The position numbers were made by a program, and so were the translations under genes. From assembly GCA_965248255.1 (NCBI GenBank), contig CBDFIW010000003.1:1088193-1152192 (forward strand): a DNA stretch of 64,000 nucleotides. Reading direction: 5' to 3'. Positions 40,487 to 50,251 of this stretch are shown one piece after another. Origin of the DNA: Bryobacterales bacterium (lineage in GTDB: Bacteria > Acidobacteriota > Terriglobia > Bryobacterales > UBA6623). The notes beneath the pieces were generated by a model. That model worked only from the letters and a program-made list of their open reading frames with translations, searched no databases and was not told where the DNA came from. Each line of letters begins with the position of its first letter. The stretch's first letter is position 1.

Positions 40487-40700
40487 TTTTCCTACGCCCC
40501 TGCGGGGCTTACGGTGTTGTTGTTTACGCTTACCCAGGGCTGATCGCCCTGGGCTATTTTCCGATGCCCCTTCGGGGCTCGAAATCAACGAGGCCGCGAG
40601 CTCAGGAGCCCCGCAGGGGCGAGAGGAAAGTAGCCCAGGGCGATCAAGCCCTGGGTTAGGGTCGACAAAACCCGACAAGCCCTGAAAGGGCGCAGGAAAA
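40487..40700. repeat. REPIN-like inverted doublet of ~95-nt REP units immediately upstream of the RAYT gene
   Basis: Unit 40487-40581 and the reverse complement of 40605-40700 align along their length (TTTTCCTrCGCCC...ACCCAGGGCTtGATCGCCCTGGGCTAyTTTCC...GCCCCTkCGGGGCTC). Confidence 0.8.
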
Positions 40701-41153
40701 ATGGCACAGACGTTCACGCACCTGTTGACCCACGTGATCTTCTCCACCAAAGAACGGCGGCCCTTGTTGAAGGCCGAAATCAGACCTCGGCTGTTCTCCT
40801 ACATGGGAGGGATCATACGGGATCTACGCGGGAAAGCTCTCATGATCAACGGCACCTCCGATCATGTGCACTTGTTGGTCTCGATGCCGGCAACGATCTC
40901 GATCGCCGAGATGATGCGCATCGTGAAATCCAAGTCGTCCGGGTGGGTCCGCGAGCAGTTTGCCTCCGAGGGCGCGTTCGCCTGGCAAGCGGGCTATGGT
41001 GCGTTCAGCGTGAGTCATTCCAACGTGGACGCAGTGAAGGAATACATCGCGGGTCAAGAAGAGCATCATAAGAAGGTGTCTTTTCAGGAGGAGTTGTTGT
41101 CGTTTTTGAGGAAGCAAGGCATTGAGTTCGATGAACGGTATATTTGGAAATAG
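40701..41153 (+). CDS. REP-associated tyrosine transposase (RAYT, IS200-like Y1 transposase)
   Basis: 150 aa. HUH motif DHVHLLV and catalytic-Tyr region WQAGYGAFSV. Flanked on both sides by REP units. Confidence 0.8.
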   Translation: MAQTFTHLLTHVIFSTKERRPLLKAEIRPRLFSYMGGIIRDLRGKALMINGTSDHVHLLVSMPATISIAEMMRIVKSKSSGWVREQFASEGAFAWQAGYGAFSVSHSNVDAVKEYIAGQEEHHKKVSFQEELLSFLRKQGIEFDERYIWK

Positions 41154-41162
41154 CGGATTGGT

Positions 41163-41333
41163 TTTTCTGCGCCCCTGCGGGGTTTACCGTGTTGTTGCTA
41201 CCCTTACCCAGGACGATTAGCCCTTGGTTGAAGTTGATCAGAGCCCCGCAGGGGCAGGTGGAAAGTAGCCCAGGGCGATCAGCCCTGGGTTAGGGTCGCC
41301 AAAGCCCAGCAAGCCCTGAAAGGGCGCAGGAAA
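41163..41333. repeat. second REP doublet (degenerate first unit + well-conserved second unit)
   Basis: 41240-41333 nearly repeats 40605-40700, including the ...GCCCTGAAAGGGCGCAGGAAAA leader to an ATG. Confidence 0.75.
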
Positions 41334-41387
41334 ATGGCACAAACCTTCACGGACCGGTTGACCCACGCGGTCTTCGCCATGAAACCC
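41334..41387 (+). pseudogene. 5' remnant (~50 nt) of a second RAYT gene
   Basis: ATGGCACAAACCTTCACGGACCGGTTGACCCACGCGGTCTTC versus ATGGCACAGACGTTCACGCACCTGTTGACCCACGTGATCTTC at 40701. Confidence 0.75.
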
Positions 41388-41480
41388 TTCCTGCGCCCCT
41401 GCGGGGCTTCCGGTGTTGTGGCGCCCCCTGACCCAGGGCTAAACGCCCTGGGCTACCATCCAACGCCCCTGCGGGGCTTG
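41388..41480. repeat. single REP unit overlapping the 5' end of the TonB-dependent receptor ORF
   Basis: TTCCTGCGCCCCTGCGGGGCTTCCGGTG...ACCCAGGGCTAAACGCCCTGGGCTACC...GCCCCTGCGGGGC. Confidence 0.75.
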
Positions 41481-44400
41481 TTGATCCTGGCGTGCGCGTT
41501 ATCCTTCCCGCCCCTCCCCGCGGTGGCGCAAAGCGTCACCAGGGCGTTCGTGGGGCGGATCACCGATCCCAGTGACAGCGTGATCGTTGGCGCCCAGGTT
41601 CGGGCGATCAACGTGGCCACCGGCGCGGTTGACACTGCTAATACCGATGAAACCGGCTTCTACCGCATCGCGAATCTCTTGCCGGGGGAATACTCAATCG
41701 AGGTCGAAGCGTCTGGTTTCCAAACAGCCAAAACCTCCGCGCAACGCCTGAGCCTGGCCGAGAATCCGCGCCTGGATATCAAGCTGGAACTCGGGGCCGA
41801 GACGGACTCGATAACGGTCGAGGACACCGCCGGCGAGGTCAACACCGAGGACGCGCAACTGGGCAAGGTGATGCGCGACATCGGGGTGCTGCCGGTACTT
41901 TCGACCGCGAACGGCCGCAGTGTCCTTGCTCTGGTCTACACCCAGCCCGGCACCGCGCCCGCGCCCGCCGGCAATCTTGGCGGTACCGGCAACTCTGTCA
42001 ACGGCCAGCGGGCCCGGCAGAACCACTTTGTCGTCGACGGGGCGACCACGAATTTTGCATTCGGCAATTGGGTTGGGGGGGCCACCGCGATTTCACCCAA
42101 CGCTGTCGAGGAGTTCCGCATCGTCACGAGTCCCATGAAGGCCGAATACGGTAGAAGCCCGGGGGGGGCCTGATCCTCACGACAAAGTCAGGTGGCAACC
42201 AGTTCCACGGCATGGCGACCGAAGTCTTCCGCAACCGGCAACTCAATGCCGTTCCTTTCTTTCAGAAATCCGCTCCGGGTGGAACACCCGAGAGCTTCGC
42301 AAACGGACTTCCCCGCAAGCCTGGTTACAACAGCCACGACTTTGATGTCAATATGGGGGGGCCGATCGAGCGAAGCAAGACGTTCTTCTTTGCGTCCTAT
42401 CTGGGGTTCCGGCGGCGCACGGAACTTGCCCGCTCAGCGACCGTACCCAACGAGGGCGAGCGTCAGGCTATCGAGGCGTTTGGAACACCACAAGCCCAGG
42501 CGCTGCTTGGGCTGCTGCCGCACGGCACCGAAGGCAACACGGTTTTTAGCAGCTTGCGAAGCGACCTCGATCGCGACCAGATCCTGTTCAAGATCGATCA
42601 TCATTTCAGTGCGGCGAACCGCTTGGCGGTCACGCATTTTAACGAGACGTTTCGAAGAATTCGTCCTGCTGCTGAGTTACGTGTGCCGGGTTTCGAATGG
42701 TCCGACGAGTTTCCATTCCAAAACTTGATCGTGCGCAACACGCACTCGTTCGGCCCAAATCTGTTCCACGAGTTCCGAGCAGCGTTCCAGAGCGTAAGCT
42801 GGGATAGTTCTAATCCGGCAAACCCGATCCCACTGAGCAGTTTGGGGCTGAACACCATTGTGCCCGACCTTCCCGACAAGTCAACGGCGCCGCTGGTCGT
42901 CATCACAGGCTTCAGTGAATTCGGGGACGCCGGTATTCCCGCGGTGGCTACCGAGACCACGCTTCAATTCAGCGACAACGTGAGTTGGACCCACGGCCGG
43001 CATGCCCTCAAATTTGGCGGCAACTTTAGGTCGACGGCTTTCAATGCGACAACTTCCTTGTTCAACAACGGGCTCATTGTTGCCGACGGCAGCGGCACGG
43101 CAAACGGCCTCGTTCCCGTGATCGAGGGGCTCTCGGCTCCCTTGAACGACTTTGCCAATGGTTTCGCGACCTTTTTCGGGCAGGGAACAGCGGCAGTCAC
43201 CCGCGACCGCACGTGGTCCACGAACCTGTTTCTCCAGGATGACTGGAAGGTCAAGAGTAACTTGACTTTGAATCTGGGGCTGCGCTGGGATTACAACAGG
43301 GGCCTGACGGATGTACACGATCGTGTGGCTGCTTTGCGGCCGGGGCAACAGTCCGTCATTTTTCCGGACGCGCCAGTGGGTTTGGTTTACCCCGGCGACG
43401 CGGGGATCTCGCGCTCCACCTACGGCGAGGACTGGAACAACTTCGCTCCTCGTTTTGGTTTTGCCTGGGACATTCTCAAGAACGGGCGGCTGGCGCTGCG
43501 GGGCGGCTACGGCTTGTTCTATGACCTTCATAACTTTGAACTAACATTCAATGTGACAAGGGCTGCCCCCTACACGATTAACCCGAGAGTTTTTTTCACG
43601 GACTATGCCAATCCCTGGGAGGGGTCGCGGATCAATCCGACGTCGCAACCCTTTCCGCATGTTCCACCCGAGCCGGGTGGAAGTTTTGACTTCGCCGCGC
43701 TGGCCCCGATCAGCATGTGGGGATTGGACCCCAATCTGCGCACACCTTACGGCCAGCAGTGGAGCCTGCAAGTGCAATACGAGTTGCGGCCCAACTGGCT
43801 CCTGGAGGTGGGCTATGTGGGATCGAACGGAGTTAAGCTCTACAGCTTTCAGGAGGCCAACCCGGCCGTGGTCGGTCCGGGGGCCCACGCGGGCAACACC
43901 CATCTCCGCCGCATCCTCAATCAGGACCACCCCCAGAGGGAGCAGTTTGGAGGGGCGGTCTTCGGCATCCTTCCGCAGTATCGAAGCAACCGCAACTCCA
44001 ACTACAACAGCTTGCAGGTTAATCTGACCAAGCGGTTCTCGGGCGGATTTCAGATGACCCATGCTTACACCTGGTCGCACGCCATCGACACGGTGTCGGA
44101 CCAGGGGTTCGTCGCCGGGCGGTCCCAGCGGGGCCATGCCGACTACGACCGCCGCCACGTTTATGTCGGGACCTATGTCTACGAATTCCCGTGGCGTCGG
44201 ACGCAGACGGGACGGTTCGGCAAGCTTGTAGGAGGCTGGGGGGCATCGGGCGTAACAACGATTCACAGCGGTACTCCGTTCGCCGTGCTTGACAGCGGCG
44301 GCCGCTGCCTGTGTGGGGACGCCGTCGAGAAAACACCCGACTACCTCGGCGGCGAGATCGCTTTTCACGACCCCCGCTCGACGGATGCGGTCCCAGGCCG

Positions 44401-44752
44401 GCCGAATTCCTGGTTCGACGGCACCGGCGGCGGGACGCCCACCGCCGGCGACAATCCACACTTCCGCAGGGTGGGCTCAGCGCCGGTTTACGAGCTGGGC
44501 GCGGGACGCTTCGGCAACTTCGGACGCAATGTCTTGCGCAGTCCCGGCTTCGTGAACTGGCAACTAGCCGTTTTCAAGCGAACACAGATTACAGAGCGTC
44601 AGAACATCGAATTCCGTGCCGAGTTTTTCAATCTGTTCAACCAAGCCCAGTTCCTGAATCCCATCGGCGACATCGGCAGCCCGAATTTCGGGAGAATCCT
44701 CGAGACCGCCGACCCGCGCATCGTACAGCTCCTGCTGCAATACAGCTTTTGA
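41478..44752 (+). pseudogene. TonB-dependent receptor with CarboxypepD_reg-like N-terminal domain, frameshifted in a G8 run (42161-42168)
   Basis: GRITDPSDSVIVGAQVRAINVATG...TDETGFYRIANLLPGEYSIEVEASGFQ. The plug motif EYGRSPGG is in frame 0 and LILTTKSGGNQFHG continues in frame +2. The C-terminus ends ...LLLQYSF. G9 or G6 would restore the frame. Start uncertain (TTG at 41478/41481, or the ATG at 41334 of the RAYT remnant). Confidence 0.75.
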
Positions 44753-44947
44753 GCGCTCTCACCGGCTCCCGCGCCGCTGAAAGAGACCTCTGCATCGGGC
44801 CCTGGCCCGTTGCCGCACGGGGGCTCTTGGAACTAAGTCACTTGGAGCGAGTGACATAGAGCCAATCTGCGGATACCTGTCGCGAGATCGGGTACCGTCC
44901 ATCTGCGTGCAATGAAAGGCGCTCGTCGAGGGCCGGCTACAGGAAAA

Positions 44948-45580
44948 TTAGGGGTTCTGGAGGAAGTAGTTGAACTCGCGCTCGCGGCCGATGGTGGTCA
45001 GCGGGCCGTGGCCGGGGATGACGTCGACATCGTCGTCGAGAGTGAGCAGCTTGTCACGGATCGAAACGAGGATCCGGCGGGCGTCGCCTCCCGGCAGGTC
45101 GGTGCGCCCGATGCTGTCCCGGAAGAGCGTGTCGCCGGCGAGGAGTTTGTTCTCGACGGGGAGGTGGAGGCTGATGCTGCCTTGGGTATGCCCCGGCGTG
45201 TGCAGGACGTGAAGCTTGGTCTGGGCCAAGGTGACGACGTCGGCGTCACGTACGGTGACATCGATGGAGGGCTTTTCCGGCGGTCGCATGCCGAGCATCG
45301 CCGCTTGGTCTTCGAGCGCGGCGCACATCCACAAGTCGTCCTCGTTCATGTAGACAGGCGCGCCGGTTTGTTGGTGCAGTTGCGCCGCACCTCCGATATG
45401 GTCGATGTGCGCGTGGGTCACGATGATGCCGGTGACGCGGAGGTTGTGGCGGTCGAGAATGTCCTGAATCTTCTCGATCTCGTCGCCCGGATCGACCACC
45501 AGCGCTTCCCGCGTCTCTTCGTCGCCGAGAATCGAGCAGTTGCACTGCAGGGGGCCAACGGGAAGGATCTCGTGAATCAT
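44948..45580 (-). CDS. MBL-fold metallo-hydrolase (glyoxalase II-like)
   Basis: VTHAHIDHIGG motif, followed by HTPGHTQGS. Confidence 0.8.
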   Translation of the reverse strand: MIHEILPVGPLQCNCSILGDEETREALVVDPGDEIEKIQDILDRHNLRVTGIIVTHAHIDHIGGAAQLHQQTGAPVYMNEDDLWMCAALEDQAAMLGMRPPEKPSIDVTVRDADVVTLAQTKLHVLHTPGHTQGSISLHLPVENKLLAGDTLFRDSIGRTDLPGGDARRILVSIRDKLLTLDDDVDVIPGHGPLTTIGREREFNYFLQNP

Positions 45581-45660
45581 TGTCGGTATAATATCAATTC
45601 CCTTTCGACGGGCTTGCGCCTGCTCTGGAACGTCGCTGGGCCGACCGAGGACAACTTCTC

Positions 45661-46089
45661 GTGGACATTCTCTTCCGCTGGCTTCATATCGTCTCCGCCG
45701 CGTTCGTTGTGGGCGGCTTTATCTACGCGCGCTTTGTGGTGCTCCCGGCAATGGAGGGACTGGGCGGTGACGAGCGCTCGGCGATGCTCGGCCGCTTGGC
45801 CGCGCGGGTGAGAAACCTCGCGCTGGTTTCCATCGTCCTGCTGCTTGTCTCAGGGACCTACAACTTGTTCAACGTGGTCCGCTCCGGCGTCGATACGACC
45901 TACCTGATGGCCTTCGGCATCAAGTTCGTCTTGGCGCTACACGTCTTCGGGATGCTGTTCTTGCTCTCTATTCCTCCGAGCGGGGACCCGGCGCGTGACG
46001 CGAAGCGCCCGCGGTTGATGTTCGGCGCGATCATTTCGAGCTTGATCATCCTGCTTTTGGCCGCCTATCTGCGGACCCTGCATAGCTGA
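45661..46089 (+). CDS. integral membrane protein
   Basis: 142 aa with four hydrophobic segments. No family recognised. Confidence 0.5.
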   Translation: MDILFRWLHIVSAAFVVGGFIYARFVVLPAMEGLGGDERSAMLGRLAARVRNLALVSIVLLLVSGTYNLFNVVRSGVDTTYLMAFGIKFVLALHVFGMLFLLSIPPSGDPARDAKRPRLMFGAIISSLIILLLAAYLRTLHS

Positions 46090-46093
46090 CGCG

Positions 46094-47026
46094 ATGTCGG
46101 GCTACTTGGTGCTCCACGAGGCGGCGGCGTGGTTCGACCTTTCCCCGCGGGGCAAGATCCGCGCGACCGGCGCGGACCGCCAGAGCTTTCTCCACAACAT
46201 CTCAAGCAACGCCATCGAGGGGCTCTCCGCGGGCCAGGGGACGCGCGCTTTCTTCTTGAACGCTCATGGCCAAATCCAGGCCGATGCCTTCCTGTACGTC
46301 GCGGCGGATCACGTTCTTCTTGACACCGAGCCCGAGAGCGGTGCTTCACTTGTCGAGCATCTCGAAAAATTCATCATCATGGACGACGTGACCCTTGAGG
46401 ATCAGACCAACTCGCTAGCGGAGTTGGCCCTCGAGGGCCCGCTAGCCGAGGAGGTGACCGGCCGGCTCGTCCCTCGGCTCCCGGTCGATGACTACGATCA
46501 TCTGTCGACCGATGCGGTGCGAATCATCCGAAACTCATTCACGGGGCAGGCCGGCTTCCGATTTCTCATTCCAGCGGCACAGAAAGACGAATGGGCCGGG
46601 CGGATCGAGCAGGCCGGCACCGTGGCCGCCACTGCGCAGGAGTGTCGCGTCGTGCGTGTGGAGAACCAGGTAGCCCGTCACGGCGAGGACTTTTTCGCCA
46701 CCTCACTGCCACACGAGTCGCAGCGCCTTGACCGCGTCTCTTTCACAGAGGGATGTTATCTCGGCCAAGAAATCGTCGAGAGAGTGCGCTCCCGTGGACA
46801 GGTGAACCGCAAGCTGGTCGGCCTCGAGATCGAGGGAGAAGCACCGCCCGAGAGCGGCACGGAAGTGCAGTTTGGGGGCAAGCCTGTCGGCAAACTCAGC
46901 AGCCCCGTGTACTCGCCAAAGCTCGCTCGCGTCGTTTCTTTCGCCATCTTACGGCGCGAGGCTGCCGAGCCAGGCACGGCGATCAAGGTGGCCGGGCGCG
47001 CCGGCCGGGTGCGCTCGGGACCCTGA
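46094..47026 (+). CDS. ygfZ: YgfZ/GcvT-family folate-binding protein
   Basis: FLHNISSNAI, and TEGCYLGQEIVERV, which matches the KGCYxGQE signature. Confidence 0.7.
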   Translation: MSGYLVLHEAAAWFDLSPRGKIRATGADRQSFLHNISSNAIEGLSAGQGTRAFFLNAHGQIQADAFLYVAADHVLLDTEPESGASLVEHLEKFIIMDDVTLEDQTNSLAELALEGPLAEEVTGRLVPRLPVDDYDHLSTDAVRIIRNSFTGQAGFRFLIPAAQKDEWAGRIEQAGTVAATAQECRVVRVENQVARHGEDFFATSLPHESQRLDRVSFTEGCYLGQEIVERVRSRGQVNRKLVGLEIEGEAPPESGTEVQFGGKPVGKLSSPVYSPKLARVVSFAILRREAAEPGTAIKVAGRAGRVRSGP

Positions 47027-47171
47027 ACCAGCCCAAAGCCAGGGGCGCCGCTGCTTCTGCCCACGGCGCGCACGGATTCGAACCCGTGCCCGTTGGCCTC
47101 GCGGCGGACGGTTATGGCAAACTAGCCAAGGGCTGCGCCCTTGATATCCCAACGGAACCGCGAACCGAAAA

Positions 47172-47252
47172 GTAGGGGCACAGCATGCTGTGCCCGTGTT
47201 CGGGTCAAGTTGTCGGTTCGCAGCCGCCGGGCACGGCATGCCGTGCCCCTAC
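47172..47252. repeat. pair of 20-bp perfect palindromes (GGGCACrGCATGCyGTGCCC) in inverted arrangement
   Basis: 47176-47195 and 47229-47248, flanked by GTAG / CTAC. Intergenic, upstream of the PP2C gene. Confidence 0.85.
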
Positions 47253-47265
47253 ATTCTCGGACCGG

Positions 47266-47988
47266 ATGATGGAAAGCTGCGGGATTTCTGAAGTTGGTCT
47301 TGTTCGATCCCACAACGAGGACAGTTTCGTTGTCGATGACGCGCTCGGACTGTATGCCGTAGCCGACGGCATGGGCGGCGCACTTGCCGGCGAGACCGCG
47401 TCGAGCATTGCCGCAGAGACCTTGACGGCCGAGGTCCGTCGAGCCGGCCGGGACGCGTCGGCCGATACCCTGGTAGGCGCAGTCGAGCTGGCGAACCGCA
47501 ACGTTCGATGGGAAGCCGAGCACAACCCGGCTTATCAAGGCATGGGCACGACCTTGGTGGCGGTCCTTGTTCGGCTACCGCGGATCCATCTGGTGAGTGT
47601 CGGCGACAGCCGCGCCTATCGCTGGAGCCAGGGAGAACTGTCTCAGCTCACGTCCGACCACTCCTGGGCCGCCGAGGTCGGGCAAGGTCTCGGGCTCTCG
47701 GCCCAGCAACTCAAGTCCCACCCCTATCGCAATGTGCTCACCCGGGCCGTGGGCTCGGACGAGAAGATCGAAGTAGCGGCGGAAGAGGTCTCCATGCTGC
47801 CGGGGGACTTGCTTCTGCTGTCCTCTGATGGTCTCCACGGCGTGGCGGGCGCGGAGAAACTGGGGGAAGTCCTCTCGCGGTCCGAATCGCTCGAAGCCCG
47901 CTGCCAAGCGCTGATCGAAGCGGTGCTGGCCAACGGCGCGCCCGACAATGCCACGGCCGTGCTAGTCGAGCGAACAGACACTCGCTAA
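47266..47988 (+). CDS. PP2C-family Ser/Thr protein phosphatase
   Basis: ATG at 47266. GLVRSHNEDSF, ADGMGG, GDSRAY, LLLSSDGL, DNATAV. Confidence 0.85.
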   Translation: MMESCGISEVGLVRSHNEDSFVVDDALGLYAVADGMGGALAGETASSIAAETLTAEVRRAGRDASADTLVGAVELANRNVRWEAEHNPAYQGMGTTLVAVLVRLPRIHLVSVGDSRAYRWSQGELSQLTSDHSWAAEVGQGLGLSAQQLKSHPYRNVLTRAVGSDEKIEVAAEEVSMLPGDLLLLSSDGLHGVAGAEKLGEVLSRSESLEARCQALIEAVLANGAPDNATAVLVERTDTR

Positions 47989-47994
47989 ACTCGA

Positions 47995-48639
47995 CTAAGA
48001 AGCGCCGCCATCCCACACAGCGCGCAAGGCGGCCTCTTCCAGTTCATCAAGAGCATCCGCGAAGAAGTGGTCGGTTGCCTCGATCCATTCGACTCTCTTC
48101 GGGTCGGCCGCCGCGGCGACGACCGCCTCCAGCTCCTCGCGCGAACCGTACTCGTCCTGGGTGCTTTGCAAGAAGTACTTCGCGCATGAGCAATGCGCCA
48201 GGTAGGACCAATCGTGTCGAAACACAGGCGTGCCCACGGCCACGACTCTGTCGATACGCCCATCGCCGCAGCAAACCCGTAGCGCCACGCGCGAACCGAA
48301 CGAGAAACCGGCGACGGCGAGAGGCAGGCCCGGGTAGCGATCGTTCATGTAGCCGATGGTGGCACGAAGGTCATCCTGCTCGCCTTCTCCTTCGTCGTAG
48401 CTGCCGGCGCTTCGTCCCACCCCGCGGAAGTTAAAGCGAAGCACGGCCGCACCCGCCCGGCGCGCCGCCCGCGCCAACCGAAAGACGACCTTGTTGTGCA
48501 AGGTCCCGCCGTAGAGCGGGTGAGGATGGCAGACGACAACCGCCCGCCCGATTCGTACGTCTTCGTCGGGCGCTTCATGCAGAGCTTCCAAAGGCCCGGC
48601 GGGTCCTGGGACAAAGGCCGAGTCCAATAGCCGAGCCAT
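47995..48639 (-). CDS. alpha/beta-fold hydrolase
   Basis: HPHPLYGGTLHNKVV, GFSFGS nucleophile elbow. Confidence 0.6.
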   Translation of the reverse strand: MARLLDSAFVPGPAGPLEALHEAPDEDVRIGRAVVVCHPHPLYGGTLHNKVVFRLARAARRAGAAVLRFNFRGVGRSAGSYDEGEGEQDDLRATIGYMNDRYPGLPLAVAGFSFGSRVALRVCCGDGRIDRVVAVGTPVFRHDWSYLAHCSCAKYFLQSTQDEYGSREELEAVVAAAADPKRVEWIEATDHFFADALDELEEAALRAVWDGGAS

Positions 48640-48654
48640 GAAGAACCAGGGAGA

Positions 48655-49155
48655 TCAGTTCGTGCGGTAGTTGGTGAACTGCATGTCGATGCCCAGATCC
48701 TTCTCCTTGAGCATCGCCATCACGACCTGCAGGTGGTCGCGCTTCTTGCCGCTGACCCGGACCTGGTCGCCTTGGATGGCCGACTGTACCTTCAGTTTCT
48801 GGTTCTTGATGAGCTTGACGATCTCTCGGGCCTTTTCGATGGGAATCCCCTGCTGCAAGGCGATCTCCTGCACCACGGTCGAACCGCCGGCCTCACGCAC
48901 CGGTCCGTAGCTCAGCCCCTTGAGAGGCACGCCGCGCTTGACAAGCTTCTGGTCGAGAATTTCGACGACGGCACGAAGCTTGAAGTCGTCCACGCTGCGC
49001 ACGACGATCTTGCTGGCCGCTTGTTCAAGTTCGATGGAACTCTTCGTGTTCTTTAGGTCGTAGCGATTGACGACTTCCTTCATTGCCTGGTGGATAGCGT
49101 TGCCCACCTCGGGGAGGTCGATTTCAGAAACGATGTCAAAGCTGTTCGCGGCCAT
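48655..49155 (-). CDS. yajQ: YajQ-family nucleotide-binding protein
   Basis: SFDIVSEIDLPEVGNAI...KVQSAIQGDQVRVSGKKRDHLQ...MQFTNYR. Confidence 0.85.
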   Translation of the reverse strand: MAANSFDIVSEIDLPEVGNAIHQAMKEVVNRYDLKNTKSSIELEQAASKIVVRSVDDFKLRAVVEILDQKLVKRGVPLKGLSYGPVREAGGSTVVQEIALQQGIPIEKAREIVKLIKNQKLKVQSAIQGDQVRVSGKKRDHLQVVMAMLKEKDLGIDMQFTNYRTN

Positions 49156-49181
49156 GAGAATCTCTCGGAAGTGATGGGGAT

Positions 49182-49871
49182 TTACTTGTTGCGCAGCACG
49201 TGCAGGACTCGTTCGGTGATGCGGTCGATCAGCGCCGGCGTGGCGGCCTCAAAGACTTCGCTGACGACCGCGCGGATCTCCTCGCGGGGATCCCCCCCGC
49301 TTGCATCCTCCGTCAAGGCCTCCTCGACGGCGGTTTCGAGCTGGCGAGATGGGTCGGAGGGCTTGTCCGCACCCGCCCCCGGGAGGCTGAACGCCCCGTT
49401 TGACTCTTGGGGAGCACTCCCGCCACCGGCCGAGTTGTCTTCAAGCAGCGACTGCATGGCCCTCAGCAGCATTGAGGCATCGAGGGGTTTCTCGAGAACT
49501 CCGTCCGACCGCACCTGTTCTGCTCGCTGGGCATCGAATTCTTCGAGCGGCGGGCGCAGCAGCACGACTTTGACGTGCGCCAGCCGCGGATCCGAGCGGA
49601 TCAAGCTGCAGATCTCGAAACCCGACCGCCCCGGTGTGGCGGTGTCGGCGAACACTACGTCGGGCCGATGCGAGGAGAGGTATTCAACTGCTTCTTCCCC
49701 GCCCGAGAGGACAACGACCTGATGGCCTTCGTCACCGAGCACTTCCCGGCCCATGCGCTGGGCGTGCGGGTTGTCGTCGATGAAAAGAATTGTGCTCACG
49801 GTATCCGGGGCCACCGAGAAAGCAGGTGACGTGCCTGGTTGTGTTGGCGTATACCAGCCACGCGCTTCCAA
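49182..49871 (-). CDS. response regulator (receiver domain + acidic C-terminal tail)
   Basis: ILFIDDNP...VVFADTATPG...KVVLL. An alternative GTG start lies at 49799. Confidence 0.7.
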   Translation of the reverse strand: MEARGWYTPTQPGTSPAFSVAPDTVSTILFIDDNPHAQRMGREVLGDEGHQVVVLSGGEEAVEYLSSHRPDVVFADTATPGRSGFEICSLIRSDPRLAHVKVVLLRPPLEEFDAQRAEQVRSDGVLEKPLDASMLLRAMQSLLEDNSAGGGSAPQESNGAFSLPGAGADKPSDPSRQLETAVEEALTEDASGGDPREEIRAVVSEVFEAATPALIDRITERVLHVLRNK

Positions 49872-49956
49872 AGTAAAGCGCGCTGTTCGATCACGAGCAC
49901 GCTGTCCGAAGTGTCACTCAGAGCGACAGGCGTCAGACCGCGTTGACCCATCCCGA

Positions 49957-50167
49957 TGTGAAAAAACGGGGACTGGAAGGTGTGAAAAAATGCTGGGACA
50001 GTCAGCCGCGCCTCCACTAACTCCCTGCGAATCAAGGAGCGTTTTCGCAAACGCTTGTGACAGTCCCGATTTTTTCACACCTTCCGGTACCGAGCGACGC
50101 CTACCTACCTTCTTTGTTTTCAACTCCGACAAGCGGCGCGAAGCGGACTGTCCCTGGTTTTTTCACA
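49957..50167. promoter_or_regulatory. four copies of a ~22-bp motif TGTGAAAAAA-N2-4-GGGACwGTC (two forward, two reverse)
   Basis: 49957-49976 and 49981-50003 are forward; 50059-50080 and 50146-50167 are reverse. Copies 2 and 3 extend to ~27-nt inverted arms (GGAAGGTGTGAAAAAAT...). Confidence 0.7.
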
Positions 50168-50251
50168 GCCCCTCAGCCTCCGTTGAGCCATCGCGAGACT
50201 TGAGCAGGCAGCCGGAGGGAGCCGCGGAGAACAACTCCCCGCTGCAGCCCA

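Noticed and set aside
41334-41477. The ATG at 41334 as the genuine start of the TonB-dependent receptor.
   Set aside because: The first ~50 nt duplicate the RAYT gene start and the next ~90 nt are a REP unit, so this leader is mobile-element derived. It is kept only as a possibility in the REPIN-RAYT finding; TTG at 41478/41481 is an alternative start.
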